Program-made: the position numbers and the translations under genes | From: Chloroflexota bacterium | GTDB taxonomy: Bacteria; Chloroflexota; UBA11872; VXNJ01 | DNA: 64,000 nt | Assembly: GCA_965261345.1 (NCBI GenBank) | Contig: OZ253449.1 | Location: forward strand, 32,001-96,000 | Direction of reading: 5' to 3' | Notes under the pieces: model-generated | Told to the model about the DNA's origin: nothing | Database searches by the model: none | The model's input: only the letters and a program-made list of their open reading frames with translations | Shown here: piece by piece, positions 44,374-55,394 of the stretch | Position numbering within the stretch: position 1 is the first letter of the stretch | Layout: every line of letters begins with the position of its first letter

Positions 44374-44658
44374 TTAGTGGTAGTTAACGATCTTGACCCG
44401 GGAGGGACCTGCTTGGCCAACAGGCCACCTAAAGCAGATTCGCCACCGGCGATTAATCCTGATTGAGTATTGACCACGACGCCGACCGCCAAGTGACTCG
44501 AGGCGATTGCTGGGCAGCGCCCGCAACGATTCGATAGAAGCGGCGGCATTGAGAATCGATAGGCGTTTCGCAGCTTGCTGCTCAATCGACTCAAACTCCC
44601 TAACAAATTCCCCACTTGCAAACCTCTCGGTCCGCTTATCTGCGTAGTCGACGATCAT
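44374..44658 (-). CDS. higB: HigB toxin
   Basis: NRLESL.G.R.GQYSIRIN.RWRICF.W. Confidence 0.92.
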   Translation of the reverse strand: MIVDYADKRTERFASGEFVREFESIEQQAAKRLSILNAAASIESLRALPSNRLESLGGRRRGQYSIRINRRWRICFRWPVGQAGPSRVKIVNYH

Positions 44659-44857
44659 CTCCGATGATTCTCGGTCAATAGACGCAGTACGTCAAGCGTA
44701 TATTGAGATCGCCATCGATGCCTGTCGAATCCCAGACAAGGTGAAATCGGAGACTCTTGCACCTGCCCGAGGCGCCAAGGAAGTATTCAGACCCGGGAGT
44801 TAGTTCCTGGCTTGATGCTGATCCCGGTCAATGCAGCAGCTTCTATAGGCTGCGATC

Positions 44858-44885
44858 AGAAACAGGAATAATGATTATGTCTAAT
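44858..44885 (+). other. dif-like site
   Basis: AGAAACAGGAA-TAATGA-TTATGTCTAAT. Confidence 0.6.
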
Positions 44886-44909
44886 GCGTCAATATCGCAG
44901 AGTTGAGTA

Positions 44910-45635
44910 ATGTCGCACGGTCAGGAACTCACTACGCAGCAACGGTTGGGATTCATTTTTGAGACCGAAACCGCGGTGATGCTGATCGAAGAAGGGTTGA
45001 TTGCGCTCACGAGAGAAATCAGGCAACCGCATCGCTTGAATCTCCCATTCTTGTTACTTGCGCAAGGAATCGAAAGGTTGCTAAAGCTGGTCTTGCTAAT
45101 TGGTCGTTTCCAAGCCACAAGCGAGTTGTTGGATTCAAATGTATTGAAGCGAACTTATGGACATCATTTGCTTGAGTTGGTGAAGGCGGTTGAAGGTTTG
45201 ATGCGATCTGCAGGTTATGCGGACGAGAGCGCCGCATTGAGGTGCGATTTGCAATTTCTGCGAAATTCAAAAGATCTCCGGGTTCTGCTGAACGTGTTGG
45301 AAACCTTTGCGCTCCAGGGAAGGTACCACGATCTTGAAATTGCAGCGGGCGGGGAATCGCATGCCGATTTGCAAGGGCTGGTCGGAACGATTCAGTCTCA
45401 ATTCCTGAAGAAGCGCCCCGAAGTTGCAAGGGAGATCGAAGCAGGCAAAGACCGTAGCCTCACCTCATTCCACGCGGCTTTGCTCGCAGATTTGACGGAG
45501 TCGATACAGCGATTTGCTCGAGCCCTTTGCCGTACGTACACATTGGGCCTACTCGGGAACTATGGGAAGACAGCCAGTGCGCCGCTTGGGCGATTCCTAT
45601 ACCTTCGGGACGACGAGTTGGGTAGCCTGCCCTAG
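44910..45635 (+). CDS. Hypothetical protein, HEPN-like
   Basis: LLAQGIERLLK..YGHHL..GRYHDL; paralog at 55395-56119. Confidence 0.55.
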   Translation: MSHGQELTTQQRLGFIFETETAVMLIEEGLIALTREIRQPHRLNLPFLLLAQGIERLLKLVLLIGRFQATSELLDSNVLKRTYGHHLLELVKAVEGLMRSAGYADESAALRCDLQFLRNSKDLRVLLNVLETFALQGRYHDLEIAAGGESHADLQGLVGTIQSQFLKKRPEVAREIEAGKDRSLTSFHAALLADLTESIQRFARALCRTYTLGLLGNYGKTASAPLGRFLYLRDDELGSLP

Positions 45636-45760
45636 CGTCTACGGGTAACCATACTCTGCCCCGCGCGGAGCCATTAATGCGCTATTGGACGTTTGGATAT
45701 TGGAGCGCTGGGGTCGCGCTTGCATCCCGCCCTCCAAGAGAAGCCGGCTCAACAGTGTTT

Positions 45761-45788
45761 GAGTTGCGTAAGGAGTATTATGTCTACT
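45761..45788 (+). other. dif-like site
   Basis: GAGTTGCGTAA-GGAGTA-TTATGTCTACT. Confidence 0.68.
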
Positions 45789-45957
45789 GCATCAATTGAA
45801 GGCAAACGACGATCGAACCGAAGAGGTTTGACCCAGTTGTGCTGCGTGATCAGCCGAGAACAGTCGATCGCTTCCGTACCCAAATACACAATGACCACGT
45901 AACTGGAAAAAGGGGTGCGCCATCGTTGTCACTCGCCGGGGTTATCCGGCCTCGTGT

Positions 45958-46377
45958 TTGGACTACCTGCAACCTGACGAGTTGCCCGACTTCAACGTTC
46001 GCGATTGGAAATGGTTCGAAGCAGAATTCGGACCGTTGCCGGCAAGCGACCCCTACTTTCAGCAGCGCTGGGTTCTGTGCGAGGTGCGCAGCGACAACAC
46101 GGAACGCCTAGCACGGTCAAACACGTTCTCTGGACTAACCACACTACCTGTCCAAGGAGGCTGCCCCCATCGCCATAGTTCGGCCAAGGCCGCTTGGTTT
46201 TGCCGCAGCGCCGTAATCCAAGGCAACATCCGCGGAGATACCGTCGAATCTCGTTCCCTTCACCCCCCTTCGGTTCCACGCGAAAACACGTCTTGGCACT
46301 TGGCGTTACTCGCTTGCGTCGGCCAGGTTTGGCGAATGATCGACGAGGTTGAGAATTACGGCATCGTGCTCTACTAA
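45958..46377 (+). CDS. Hypothetical protein, possibly degenerate
   Basis: Follows a dif-like site; TTG start, uncertain. Confidence 0.35.
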   Translation: MDYLQPDELPDFNVRDWKWFEAEFGPLPASDPYFQQRWVLCEVRSDNTERLARSNTFSGLTTLPVQGGCPHRHSSAKAAWFCRSAVIQGNIRGDTVESRSLHPPSVPRENTSWHLALLACVGQVWRMIDEVENYGIVLY

Positions 46378-46771
46378 ATCCACGGACGACTCAAGAAGAG
46401 AGTCAATTGCGTCATGTAACGCTAGCTCGCATTGCCGTGAGGACCCAGACCTCATAGATTCATTGCGCCAAAAGCAGCCATCACTGGACCCCCATTCGAA
46501 ACGCAGGCCCGGCGCTTTTCAAATCTTTTCGGAAGACTGCCCTGAGGAGCACAAGCCGCGCGCCGCCGATTGGGTGGCAGCCCATGACACCAGGCGTTCG
46601 AGGATTCTGTCCACTACTAGAAGTGGGCCGGGCGGAGTCCAGAATGCCTCGTCAATTGCGGTAGCCACTTGACCGGATTGCAGACGTCGATCGGTTGATA
46701 ATGCCAGCATTCCAGTACGAGGTGCCCACAGTCGCCGGGCTGCTGGCCAAACGCTGGGTGGGGAGAACTCG

Positions 46772-47728
46772 ATGCGCGACTTGAGCAGTGAAGACCAGAT
46801 TCGTTGGGCCGCATTTGAACACGTTCGCCACCTGCAACAACTCCACGCCCACCTGACGGCCAGAGAGATCGATTCCGGTTTCATCTACCAGGGCGAGCGT
46901 ATACCGCTCGTTAACCCCAGACGGGGCATCTTCAAGCCTCGCCAGATGCAGTTCTTGCTTTCAATTAAGACCGTCTACCCCAGACCAGGGGCCAATGTCT
47001 GGTATGACGATCAGCGCGACATTTACCGCCGATTCTTTGAAAGCGACGAAACGATCGAATATGCGTTCATGGGTCGGGATCCTAACGCTGCAGATAACCG
47101 CTGGCTGCGCGAGGCATTTGAACACCGGGTCCCGGTAATTTATTTTCTTGGTGTTGCCCCCGGAAAGTTCCAAGCAATACAACCTGTTTTTATTACCGGG
47201 TGGGACGCCGAGGCCCTAAAGGCAACGGTTGCTTTCGGGGCCGACCTGGTGCAACCGGGCCAACAACCGAATGCGGGCAAGGCGATTGCTAACTTCCCTG
47301 AGGATTACCAGGAGCGAAGGTATGCCCTGCGTTCGGTCAAGCGCCGCCTGCATCAAGCCACTTTCAGAGAAGCAATCATGACCGCATATCGCAGCCGGTG
47401 TGCCGTGTCGGGGATACCCGAACCTATGCTCCTGGATGCTGCGCACATTGTCCCGGACGCTAACGAGCGTCTTGGGCAGCCGGTAGTCCCGAACGGACTC
47501 CCGTTATCTAAGATCCACCACGCTGCTTTCGATGCACACCTGATCGGGATAGATCCCGACTTTCGGATTCACGTCTCCGACCGCTTGCTCGAAAAGGACG
47601 ATGGTCCCCTACTTGAATCTCTAAAGGAGCTTGAAGGCCGGGCGATCAGGCTGCCCCAGCGCAATTCGGACTGCCCGGACCGCGATCGTTTGGACATACG
47701 ATTCCATCAATTCTTGGCCGCGGATTGA
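46772..47728 (+). CDS. HNH endonuclease (putative modification-dependent restriction)
   Basis: RLHQATFR..CAVSG..LDAAHI..NGLPLSKIHHAAFD. Confidence 0.88.
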   Translation: MRDLSSEDQIRWAAFEHVRHLQQLHAHLTAREIDSGFIYQGERIPLVNPRRGIFKPRQMQFLLSIKTVYPRPGANVWYDDQRDIYRRFFESDETIEYAFMGRDPNAADNRWLREAFEHRVPVIYFLGVAPGKFQAIQPVFITGWDAEALKATVAFGADLVQPGQQPNAGKAIANFPEDYQERRYALRSVKRRLHQATFREAIMTAYRSRCAVSGIPEPMLLDAAHIVPDANERLGQPVVPNGLPLSKIHHAAFDAHLIGIDPDFRIHVSDRLLEKDDGPLLESLKELEGRAIRLPQRNSDCPDRDRLDIRFHQFLAAD

Positions 47729-48033
47729 GGATCCCTCTCAACCTTTCGCCATTGATTCCTCCGGTTTAGCCGCAGTTTCCAGTTCGGCCTGCATCCAAGT
47801 ACCCGCGACAGGTGCGCGCCTTTTCAGGCAGGAGCCTTTTAGTAGCCGTGCCGTTTGTGTCGTTGCCCAGCAACTAAGTCAATTCAACTGGCCAGCAGAA
47901 CTGTCCGCAGCGAACAAATCCTGGCGGCTCTTAAATCGGTTGTTTCCTTCGTCCTAGTTTGTTATCTGGTTAACGTCAACACACCTTTCGCCGCCGGCGT
48001 TGGAGTGGATGATGGCAGTTCCCTAGAGCAATA

Positions 48034-48900
48034 TCAACTGAGATTAGAGGGTGTGAAAAGGTTGGACCTATTTCCATGGCGATCTCGCATCGCTACCAAT
48101 AATTGAGCTGCTGCGACGGTGTCGGTGGTGGCTTGATGGGCTTTGTCCAGCCTTACGCGATAGCGTTTGCAAGCGCTGGTTAGCGTGTGAGATCGCTCTC
48201 CCTTATCCGCGCGGCGGGAGATCTTTAACGTATCGATCCCACGGCGTGCAGGCAGCCTTTTGCCGCTGCGCTGAAACTCTGCCCGCAAGAACCCGATGTC
48301 GAAATTCAAGTTGTGGGCTAGTAGCACACCATTCTCAAGCATTTTTGCGATTGCACCAGCTCTTTCAGCGAAGGCGGGCGCCCCCTTAACACGGGAGTTG
48401 TCAATGCCATGAATCGCGCTTGCTTCCGATGGGATTGGACAACCCGGATCAAATAGCGAGTGCCAAGTCCAATCTACTTGTCCATCGGCGTTCAGCCCGA
48501 CCAACGCCAACTCGACGACGCGGTCGTTCTTTGGGCTAAGTCCTGTCGTTTCCACATCAAGCGCCACAACTTGGGTTAAATCCAGGCCGGCAGATTGCGC
48601 GCTTTTTTTGCGCTTGCCGATCAACGCTGGGTCAACATCTCGGTCAGACTCGCGGTTGTGTTCAGCGGATTCCAAACGTATTGGGGCACCTCGGGGCGGA
48701 TTGGCGCCTGTGGATTCCTCACTGATTCCGCGCTCGCCGGCTAATGCCCAGATCAACGACATGATCCAGCCGATAAGCGTCCAACCCAGGAAGAGATTCA
48801 GTGCCAATATCGCCCATTTGCGTTTGCGATGCCGTATGAATCCAATGATTGTCGGAGCGAAGTAAACGCTCGCCAACAGAATCGTTCCTAGTGCGTCCAT
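48034..48900 (-). CDS. Superinfection-immunity (Imm-like) membrane domain fused to DEDDh 3'-5' exonuclease
   Basis: YFAPTIIG..ILALNLFLGWTLIGW..LIWAL; ALDVETTG, AHNLNFD, H.A..D. Confidence 0.82.
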   Translation of the reverse strand: MDALGTILLASVYFAPTIIGFIRHRKRKWAILALNLFLGWTLIGWIMSLIWALAGERGISEESTGANPPRGAPIRLESAEHNRESDRDVDPALIGKRKKSAQSAGLDLTQVVALDVETTGLSPKNDRVVELALVGLNADGQVDWTWHSLFDPGCPIPSEASAIHGIDNSRVKGAPAFAERAGAIAKMLENGVLLAHNLNFDIGFLRAEFQRSGKRLPARRGIDTLKISRRADKGERSHTLTSACKRYRVRLDKAHQATTDTVAAAQLLVAMRDRHGNRSNLFTPSNLS

Positions 48901-49155
48901 TGCCGATTTTTGTACCGTTCTTTGTAGAGAAGCTCCGTGATTTAACGTCGCTCCGGCAACACTGAGCGCTGGCTCGGGGCGAATGCGGGTGAACCAATTC
49001 CCAAGCGATAGGAATTGCCGTTGAGGGCACGTACCGCGAGAGCACTTTTCCAAATGGGCAGTCGATACACGCCGCCCGCCCGCTCCTCAATCCTCGCAAT
49101 CGCGTCCCGGTGGCGCACCGGCGTTGTATTGCGGCGATCGTGAGAATTGAAAGCG

Positions 49156-49183
49156 GCTCGTCAAATGCGCCATTATGTCCATC
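49156..49183 (+). other. dif-like site
   Basis: GCTCGTCAAAT-GCGCCA-TTATGTCCATC. Confidence 0.55.
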
Positions 49184-49703
49184 ATGTCGTCCTGGCGGGA
49201 ATCCTGCGTTTTTGGGGACATTGGTGGCGATGTGATCTGTCGAGGATGAACTTACTTGCAGGCAAGGTGCCCGATTGCCGTCTAGCGTAATCGGCCAGGC
49301 TTCAGGCGCAATTGAATTCGTCCCTGTAGCGGCAAACCGTTCGGATTCAAGCTGATGTGTCGGACCCGCCCGTATTACGCCAACCCCTATCTCCTGGTTA
49401 CTTGTATGGTTGGCAACCATCATGCTGCCCTCGACAGCCAAGTGATATTGGCAAGTCCTAAATGCCTATTTCCAGTGATGCTGTAGGCGGTTGAGTGCGT
49501 AGCGCACTACGCGGTACAAGAACAGCAAAAAGCGAGAACTGGCCAAAGTAGAGGTTCTGACGTCTAGGGGGCAAATCAAGTCCAAACATCTGTGGATCTG
49601 GTCCTTGCCCCGCGTAAGCGGAGCAATGCGATTGCGTTCTCTAGCCTTGTCTTGAGGGTGCAATTCGTGGCTACGGGGGACGTAAGCGGAAATGTCGTGA
49701 GCA

Positions 49704-52562
49704 TTGGGAACAGTGATTTCATTGCCTGAAAACGCCGGCAACATCGTCGCCAAAACCTCCGCCATAGTCCGATTGTTCCGTGGCGGTCCGGTTCATGTCA
49801 CGCTCGAACACGGCGAACTTCGGTTTGGTGATGACGATGGCATTCCCGCTGGCGCCGTCGACACCATCGAGATCCGCCGCTCGTGGTTTTGGACGCGACT
49901 CGCGATTGGTGTTTTCGGTGGCACAATACGTGCCGTCGGCGGGCTTCGCCGCGATGACGCCGAATGGCTTGCCCAAGCACTGCGCAACGACGCCGCGCGC
50001 GCCGCTACCGAGCAGTCCGACGAACTCACGCAGCTTGGCGAGCGGCTCGACCGCTTTGAAAGTACCGGTCGGTTCCGTCGCCATTCCCAGAGCCAAACGC
50101 TCCGAGAGGACATCGCGGCCGCCGTCCCTCGAGTTGGCGGCGCACTTGCTCGGGCGCATCTGTCCGAGAGAGCTGCCAAGGCGCTTTCGCGCATCGAACA
50201 GCTGTTGGGCCCCGAAGCCTTCGAAGCAGCTAGGGAAAGTGCAAACTCAACATTCGTCAACGCGTCCAAGTCTGCTGTTGTCCAAGCGGCTGGAAGAGTG
50301 CTCTCCTCACCCCTTGCTGATGAGCAGGCGGTGGCGATCGCCACCGACGAGGATGTCACGCTGGTCCTTGCCGGCGCTGGGACAGGAAAGACCGCCGTCA
50401 TCACTGGCAAGGTCACCCATCTCGTCCGGAATTTGCGCATCGCCCCTCAAGCGATCCTCGTGCTCGCTTTCAACCGCAAAGCCGCGGAGGAGATCCGCGA
50501 ACGCCTCCCAGGTGAATCCGCTGGCGCTCATGTCGCAACCTTCCACGCGTTCGGGAGACGAGTGATCGCAGATGCCGGAACTGCACCGACGATTTCGAAG
50601 CTGGCGGAAGATGAGGCCAAGCTCGTCAAGGCCGTTGATGACATCCTTGCCGGACTCCTGTTGGAATCCCTGCAGAGCGAAGCGGTCATGAGCTTGATCT
50701 TGGACCAACGTGCAGCCTATCACTCGCATTTCGAATTCGTGGACCCGGGCGACTACCACGACTACATCCGCCGCTCTGAGCTGCGAACGTTGAGCGGTGA
50801 CCTCGTCAAGAGCTTTGAAGAACTGGCGATCGCGAACTTCCTCACCCTCAACCGAGTACATTTCGAGTACGAATCGGATTTTGGTGTGCCCACTGCCACT
50901 CGGTGGCATCGCCAATACCAGCCTGACTTCTATCTTCCTGGCCAAGACATCTACATAGAACACTTCGCGCTCGACCGGGAAGGCCGGCCGCCGCTGGGAT
51001 GGAGAGGCTACGGTGACGGTGTCGAATGGAAACGAGGCATTCACGCCAAATACGGAACAACTTTGATCGAGACCCACAGCTGGCAGCGACGTGAAGGAGT
51101 CCTACTCGACGTACTTGGCGCGCGGCTCGAGGAAGCGGGGTTAAAGCTTGAGCCAATCGAACCCCGTGAGCTCCTTGGACACCTGCGCAAATTCGGGCTG
51201 ACAACGTGGCTCGCGCGGCTAATTGCGACTTTCCTCAACCATGTCAAAACAAGCGGCCTCTCAAAAGAGACACTATGTAACCGTGCATCCGAAATCGCAG
51301 ATCGGCGACGTGCCGAAGCTTTTCTTGAAGTGTTCGAACAGGTCCGATCTCGCTATGAGGATCTGTTGAGGGTCGAGAAGACGCTCGATTTCCACGATCT
51401 CATCAACAACGCAGCAGCGCGGATTAGAGAAGGCCGTTGGGAATCTCCCTACCGCTACGTGCTCGTGGACGAGTTCCAAGACGTTTCAGCAGGCCGGATG
51501 GCACTGCTCCAATCCCTCGTGAATCCCGGTGCCGTATTTTTCCTGGTTGGCGATGACTGGCAGTCCATTTATCGATTCGCAGGGAGCGACGTTGCGCTCA
51601 TGCGCGATTGCGGACGATATCTTGGCCACGTGCGGGAACGCACGCTCAGCCAGACTTTTCGTTTCGCTGCCGGAATCCTGGGCCCCTCCACTGATTTCGT
51701 CGTACGCAACCCGGTGCAGACCCAGCGCGCGCTTAGTCCCGCGTGCGGTGTGCGCGACGGCGGAGTAACTGTGGTAGCCAGCGACGAACCCCAACGTGGG
51801 CTAGAAGACGCCCTACGAGACATCGAGTCACGGGAGGAAACGAACCCAGCCCCGGCCTCAATACTCGTACTCGGGCGTTACCGCACCAGTCAAAAGGTGG
51901 CCCTCTCGCTTCATCGTCGGAGCTGGCTGCACGTCGAGTTCAGCACGGTCCACGCTGCTAAGGGGCGGGAAGCCGACTACGTGATAGTGCTCGACCTGCG
52001 CGACGCGCGGCGTGGCTTCCCTTCACAGATAGAGGACGACCCACTCCTGAATCTCGTTCTGCCTCCGCCACCTGGAGGCGGATACCCGCATGCGGAAGAA
52101 CGGCGCCTCTTCTACGTCGCGATGACGCGTGCCCGACTCGGCGCGTATTTGGTCGCCGACTCCCTGAGGCCTTCCGCCTTCGTGGAAGAGCTTTTGCGCG
52201 AATCTCGCACCTTGCATTGCATTGGCAAGTTCAGGCGTGATCGCACGGCCTTTTGCCCGCGCTGCCGTACTGGTCGCCTTGATTTGTCGCGTAGCGGCCG
52301 ATCGTTGTATTGCCGGAACTTTCCCTACTGCCGATACCGCGCGCCGGGTTGCCAAAGTTGTAGGCGAGGGTTTTTGGAAATCGCCCAGAATAACTCACGC
52401 TGCACAAATCCCTCATGCCATACCAGTCCACCGGTTTGCGAGTCGTGCGGCGAAGGGGTAATGATTTTTAAGAAGGGCCGCTTCGGTTCGTTTCTGGGTT
52501 GCACAGGATACGGTTCGGATCAGCCGTGCACGAACACTCGAAATCTACCTTCCCGCACTTGA
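49704..52562 (+). CDS. UvrD-family helicase IV-like protein with nuclease-like insert and topoisomerase zinc ribbons
   Basis: AGAGTGKT, LVDEFQD, GDDWQSIYRF, TVHAAKGRE, EERRLFYVAMTRA; YQPDFYL..IEHF; CxxC repeats. Confidence 0.88.
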   Translation: MGTVISLPENAGNIVAKTSAIVRLFRGGPVHVTLEHGELRFGDDDGIPAGAVDTIEIRRSWFWTRLAIGVFGGTIRAVGGLRRDDAEWLAQALRNDAARAATEQSDELTQLGERLDRFESTGRFRRHSQSQTLREDIAAAVPRVGGALARAHLSERAAKALSRIEQLLGPEAFEAARESANSTFVNASKSAVVQAAGRVLSSPLADEQAVAIATDEDVTLVLAGAGTGKTAVITGKVTHLVRNLRIAPQAILVLAFNRKAAEEIRERLPGESAGAHVATFHAFGRRVIADAGTAPTISKLAEDEAKLVKAVDDILAGLLLESLQSEAVMSLILDQRAAYHSHFEFVDPGDYHDYIRRSELRTLSGDLVKSFEELAIANFLTLNRVHFEYESDFGVPTATRWHRQYQPDFYLPGQDIYIEHFALDREGRPPLGWRGYGDGVEWKRGIHAKYGTTLIETHSWQRREGVLLDVLGARLEEAGLKLEPIEPRELLGHLRKFGLTTWLARLIATFLNHVKTSGLSKETLCNRASEIADRRRAEAFLEVFEQVRSRYEDLLRVEKTLDFHDLINNAAARIREGRWESPYRYVLVDEFQDVSAGRMALLQSLVNPGAVFFLVGDDWQSIYRFAGSDVALMRDCGRYLGHVRERTLSQTFRFAAGILGPSTDFVVRNPVQTQRALSPACGVRDGGVTVVASDEPQRGLEDALRDIESREETNPAPASILVLGRYRTSQKVALSLHRRSWLHVEFSTVHAAKGREADYVIVLDLRDARRGFPSQIEDDPLLNLVLPPPPGGGYPHAEERRLFYVAMTRARLGAYLVADSLRPSAFVEELLRESRTLHCIGKFRRDRTAFCPRCRTGRLDLSRSGRSLYCRNFPYCRYRAPGCQSCRRGFLEIAQNNSRCTNPSCHTSPPVCESCGEGVMIFKKGRFGSFLGCTGYGSDQPCTNTRNLPSRT

Positions 52563-52826
52563 CTGCAACTTGCCGAAAGTAGCCGGCTGCTACCGCCCAC
52601 CCGATGTTTGCAGACAAATCGAGTTTCCCGGGTGCTAATGGGCACCGTTCAATTTGTCGACTCGGTTAAGTGTCAATCTCCACCACCTATCGTCCACTTA
52701 GCCAACGGCATTCGCCCACCCATGTTCATGGGCATCAGGCCACTTAGCCAAGGGCACTAGTCCACCCGGCAAACGCACCTACCAATCACCATTGCGGCGA
52801 CCCGTTCCAACCAACCGGGAGCCATC

Positions 52827-54410
52827 ATGGCCTACCAGGAGGTGTTCCGAGTGGATACACACGAACTTATCCGGCTCTGGCAAAAAGGACTAAGCCAGCG
52901 ACGGATTGCAAAGATCTCAGGCCGCGCCCGCGACACTGTGCGGCGCTACGTAAACGCTGCCCAGGAACTGGGCCTTCAGCCCGGCGGCCCCGATCCGACC
53001 GATGAGCAGCTGGCCAAATTGACCGCGCTCAACCTGAGCACCCCGACTGGGGTCATCGCCCCGGCTGCCGACATCCTAGAGCCCCACATCGAGCGGATAA
53101 AGCAGTGGCTGCAGACCGACAAGCTCCAGCTCACCCGCATCCATGAGCTGCTTGCCCAGCGCGGGATCTCGGTCTCCTACTCGTCCCTGCGCCGTTTCTG
53201 CGACCGCCAGGGACTAAGGACCAAACGCAATCATTCCACTGTTCGCATGGCCGATCCGGATCCGGGCCAGGTCGTAGAGCTGGACTTTGGCAAGCTGGGG
53301 CAGGTCTTCGATCGTGACGCCGGCCGGCCAAGGACCGTCTATGCCCTGGTACTGGTGATGGCCTACTCGCGGCACATGTTCGTGTGGCCGCTTTATCGGC
53401 AACGCCTCGAGGACGTGGTCGAAGGCTTGGAACGCGCCTGGGGCTTCTTCGGCGGCCTGCCGCAGTTTTTGGTCATCGACAACTTCCCGGCCTCGGTGGC
53501 CGGCGCCGATCGTTACAACCCGCGCCTGACAAGAGCGTTTCTTAGCTACGCCCAGCATCGCGGCTTCGTCCCCGATCCGGCCCGTCCCTACCACCCCCAG
53601 GACAAGCCCAAAGTCGAAAACGCCATCAAATACGTGCGCGAGCGCTTCTTCAAGGGCGCCTGCTTTGTCGGGATAGAAGACATGCGCTCAAGAGCTAAGA
53701 CCTGGTGCACGCAGGTGGCCGGGCAACGGATACATGGAACTATCCGTCGCAAGCCCCTGGAGGTCTTCGATCAGGAAGAGCGGACGTGCTTATCCGACTT
53801 CGACGGGGAACCCTACGAGATCGGGCATTGGCACACGGCCAAGGTACAGCGCGACCACCACGTGCAGGCCAAGTATGCGTTGTACTCGATCCCTGAGCAC
53901 CTTGACCTTGCCGGCAAACAGGTGGAGATCTGCATCGATAGATCGCTGGTGCGGATCTACCACCGCGGCGCCCTGATAAAGGTCCATCCGCGCCAGGAGA
54001 AAGGTAAGCGCGTAACCGATCCTAAGGACCTGCCCGAGCAACTGCGCCTGTACGCATCGCGCGATCCCGAACTGGTACGCAGGAAGGCGCGCGAACTGGG
54101 CGAGGCGTCCGCCTTCTACGCCAATGCCCTGCTGGGCAACAGGACCACCTGGGCAAGATTACGCTCCGGTCACGCCTTGATCAAATTGGGCGAGCGCTTC
54201 GGCGCCGAAGCGCTCGATAGGGCCTGCCGGCAGGCAATCGCGGTCGATCTCTACGACGTGCGGCGACTTCGGACCATCCTGCTCAAGGGCCTCGAGCGCG
54301 ACGAGGACGATGAGGTCGAAGTGGCGCCGGCGCCGGGTCGCTACACCCGACCCGGAGCGGTGTTTGCGGTCCTGCCCGCTGACGATGCCAAGAACGGATC
54401 GGACCGATGA
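52827..54410 (+). CDS. istA: IstA transposase
   Basis: ELDFG, VIDN, DKPKVE. Confidence 0.95.
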   Translation: MAYQEVFRVDTHELIRLWQKGLSQRRIAKISGRARDTVRRYVNAAQELGLQPGGPDPTDEQLAKLTALNLSTPTGVIAPAADILEPHIERIKQWLQTDKLQLTRIHELLAQRGISVSYSSLRRFCDRQGLRTKRNHSTVRMADPDPGQVVELDFGKLGQVFDRDAGRPRTVYALVLVMAYSRHMFVWPLYRQRLEDVVEGLERAWGFFGGLPQFLVIDNFPASVAGADRYNPRLTRAFLSYAQHRGFVPDPARPYHPQDKPKVENAIKYVRERFFKGACFVGIEDMRSRAKTWCTQVAGQRIHGTIRRKPLEVFDQEERTCLSDFDGEPYEIGHWHTAKVQRDHHVQAKYALYSIPEHLDLAGKQVEICIDRSLVRIYHRGALIKVHPRQEKGKRVTDPKDLPEQLRLYASRDPELVRRKARELGEASAFYANALLGNRTTWARLRSGHALIKLGERFGAEALDRACRQAIAVDLYDVRRLRTILLKGLERDEDDEVEVAPAPGRYTRPGAVFAVLPADDAKNGSDR

Positions 54411-55180
54411 CGGTAAACGATCTGACTCCGCTGCTCAAGCGCTTAAAGCTCGGCCAGATGCTGCCCACCCTGCCGGAGCGGATCGCACTGGCGCGCCGGG
54501 ACTCCCTGGACTATGTCGCCTTCCTGGAAGTCATCCTCTCCGATGAAGTGAGCCGCCGCGACGCCAAGCGTCTTCGGACCCGCCTGGAGAAGGCCGGCTT
54601 CGAGCAGATCTGCTCCCTAGAGGACTTTGACTGGGGCGCCGACATCACCGTTGATCGGCGCTTAATCGACGCCGTCTTCGCGCTGGAGTTCCTCTCCCGC
54701 TCAGAACACGTCCTGCTGGTCGGACCGGTGGGGGTGGGTAAGAGCTTCATGGCTCAGGCGCTGGGTTATGCTGCGGTCAAAACCGGATACTCGGTGCGCT
54801 TTGCACGGGCCGATCACTTCTTCGGCGATATGGCCCGCTCCAGGCTGGACGGGAGCTCGGAGCGCACCTTCCGCTCGTACCTGGCGCCGGATCTTCTGAT
54901 CCTGGATGATCTGGGACTGCAGCGATTCTCCCAGCAGCAGTCGCTGGACCTCTATGAACTGGTGATTGCCCGACACCGGGTCTCCAGCTTCGTGATCACT
55001 TCCAACCGGGCAATCGAGGAATGGCTGGCATTGTTTGCCGATCCGGTCCTGGGCAACAGCGCCCTGGACCGGTTGGCCAACTCCAGTTACCAGATCGTCA
55101 TCGACGGCAAGAGCTATCGCGAAAAGCTCTCGCCACATCGGGCGCTGCTGGAACGATTGGAGGCCGCCAGGGACATCTAA
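54407..55180 (+). CDS. istB: IstB ATPase
   Basis: GPVGVGKS, LILDDLG, TSNR. Confidence 0.95.
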   Translation: MTVNDLTPLLKRLKLGQMLPTLPERIALARRDSLDYVAFLEVILSDEVSRRDAKRLRTRLEKAGFEQICSLEDFDWGADITVDRRLIDAVFALEFLSRSEHVLLVGPVGVGKSFMAQALGYAAVKTGYSVRFARADHFFGDMARSRLDGSSERTFRSYLAPDLLILDDLGLQRFSQQQSLDLYELVIARHRVSSFVITSNRAIEEWLALFADPVLGNSALDRLANSSYQIVIDGKSYREKLSPHRALLERLEAARDI

Positions 55181-55340
55181 GAGGACGAAATCGGCCACCG
55201 CAGCGGCACTGTTTGCAGTGGTCAAACCATTACGAAATTAAATTAGGAAGTGCGTTACCGGGTGGCCTTAAGCTCGTGGCTATGCCGGACGAATGGTCGT
55301 GGCGATCGACATTAAGTCAATTCGGATAGATGGATTGGTA

Positions 55341-55368
55341 GTTGAGGGTCATAGGGATTATGTCGAAC
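55341..55368 (+). other. dif-like site
   Basis: GTTGAGGGTCA-TAGGGA-TTATGTCGAAC. Confidence 0.55.
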
Positions 55369-55394
55369 GCTGAATCCAGAGGAAATCCTCAATA

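Larger units (their letters stand above)
52671..55311 (+). mobile_element. IS21-family element 3, intact
   Basis: TGTCAATC...GATCGACA ends; 5-bp TSD TTAAG. Confidence 0.92.

Noticed and set aside
55295-55322. Extra dif-like site ending TTAAGTCAATT
   Set aside because: Formed by the IS21 right end plus its TTAAG target duplication.
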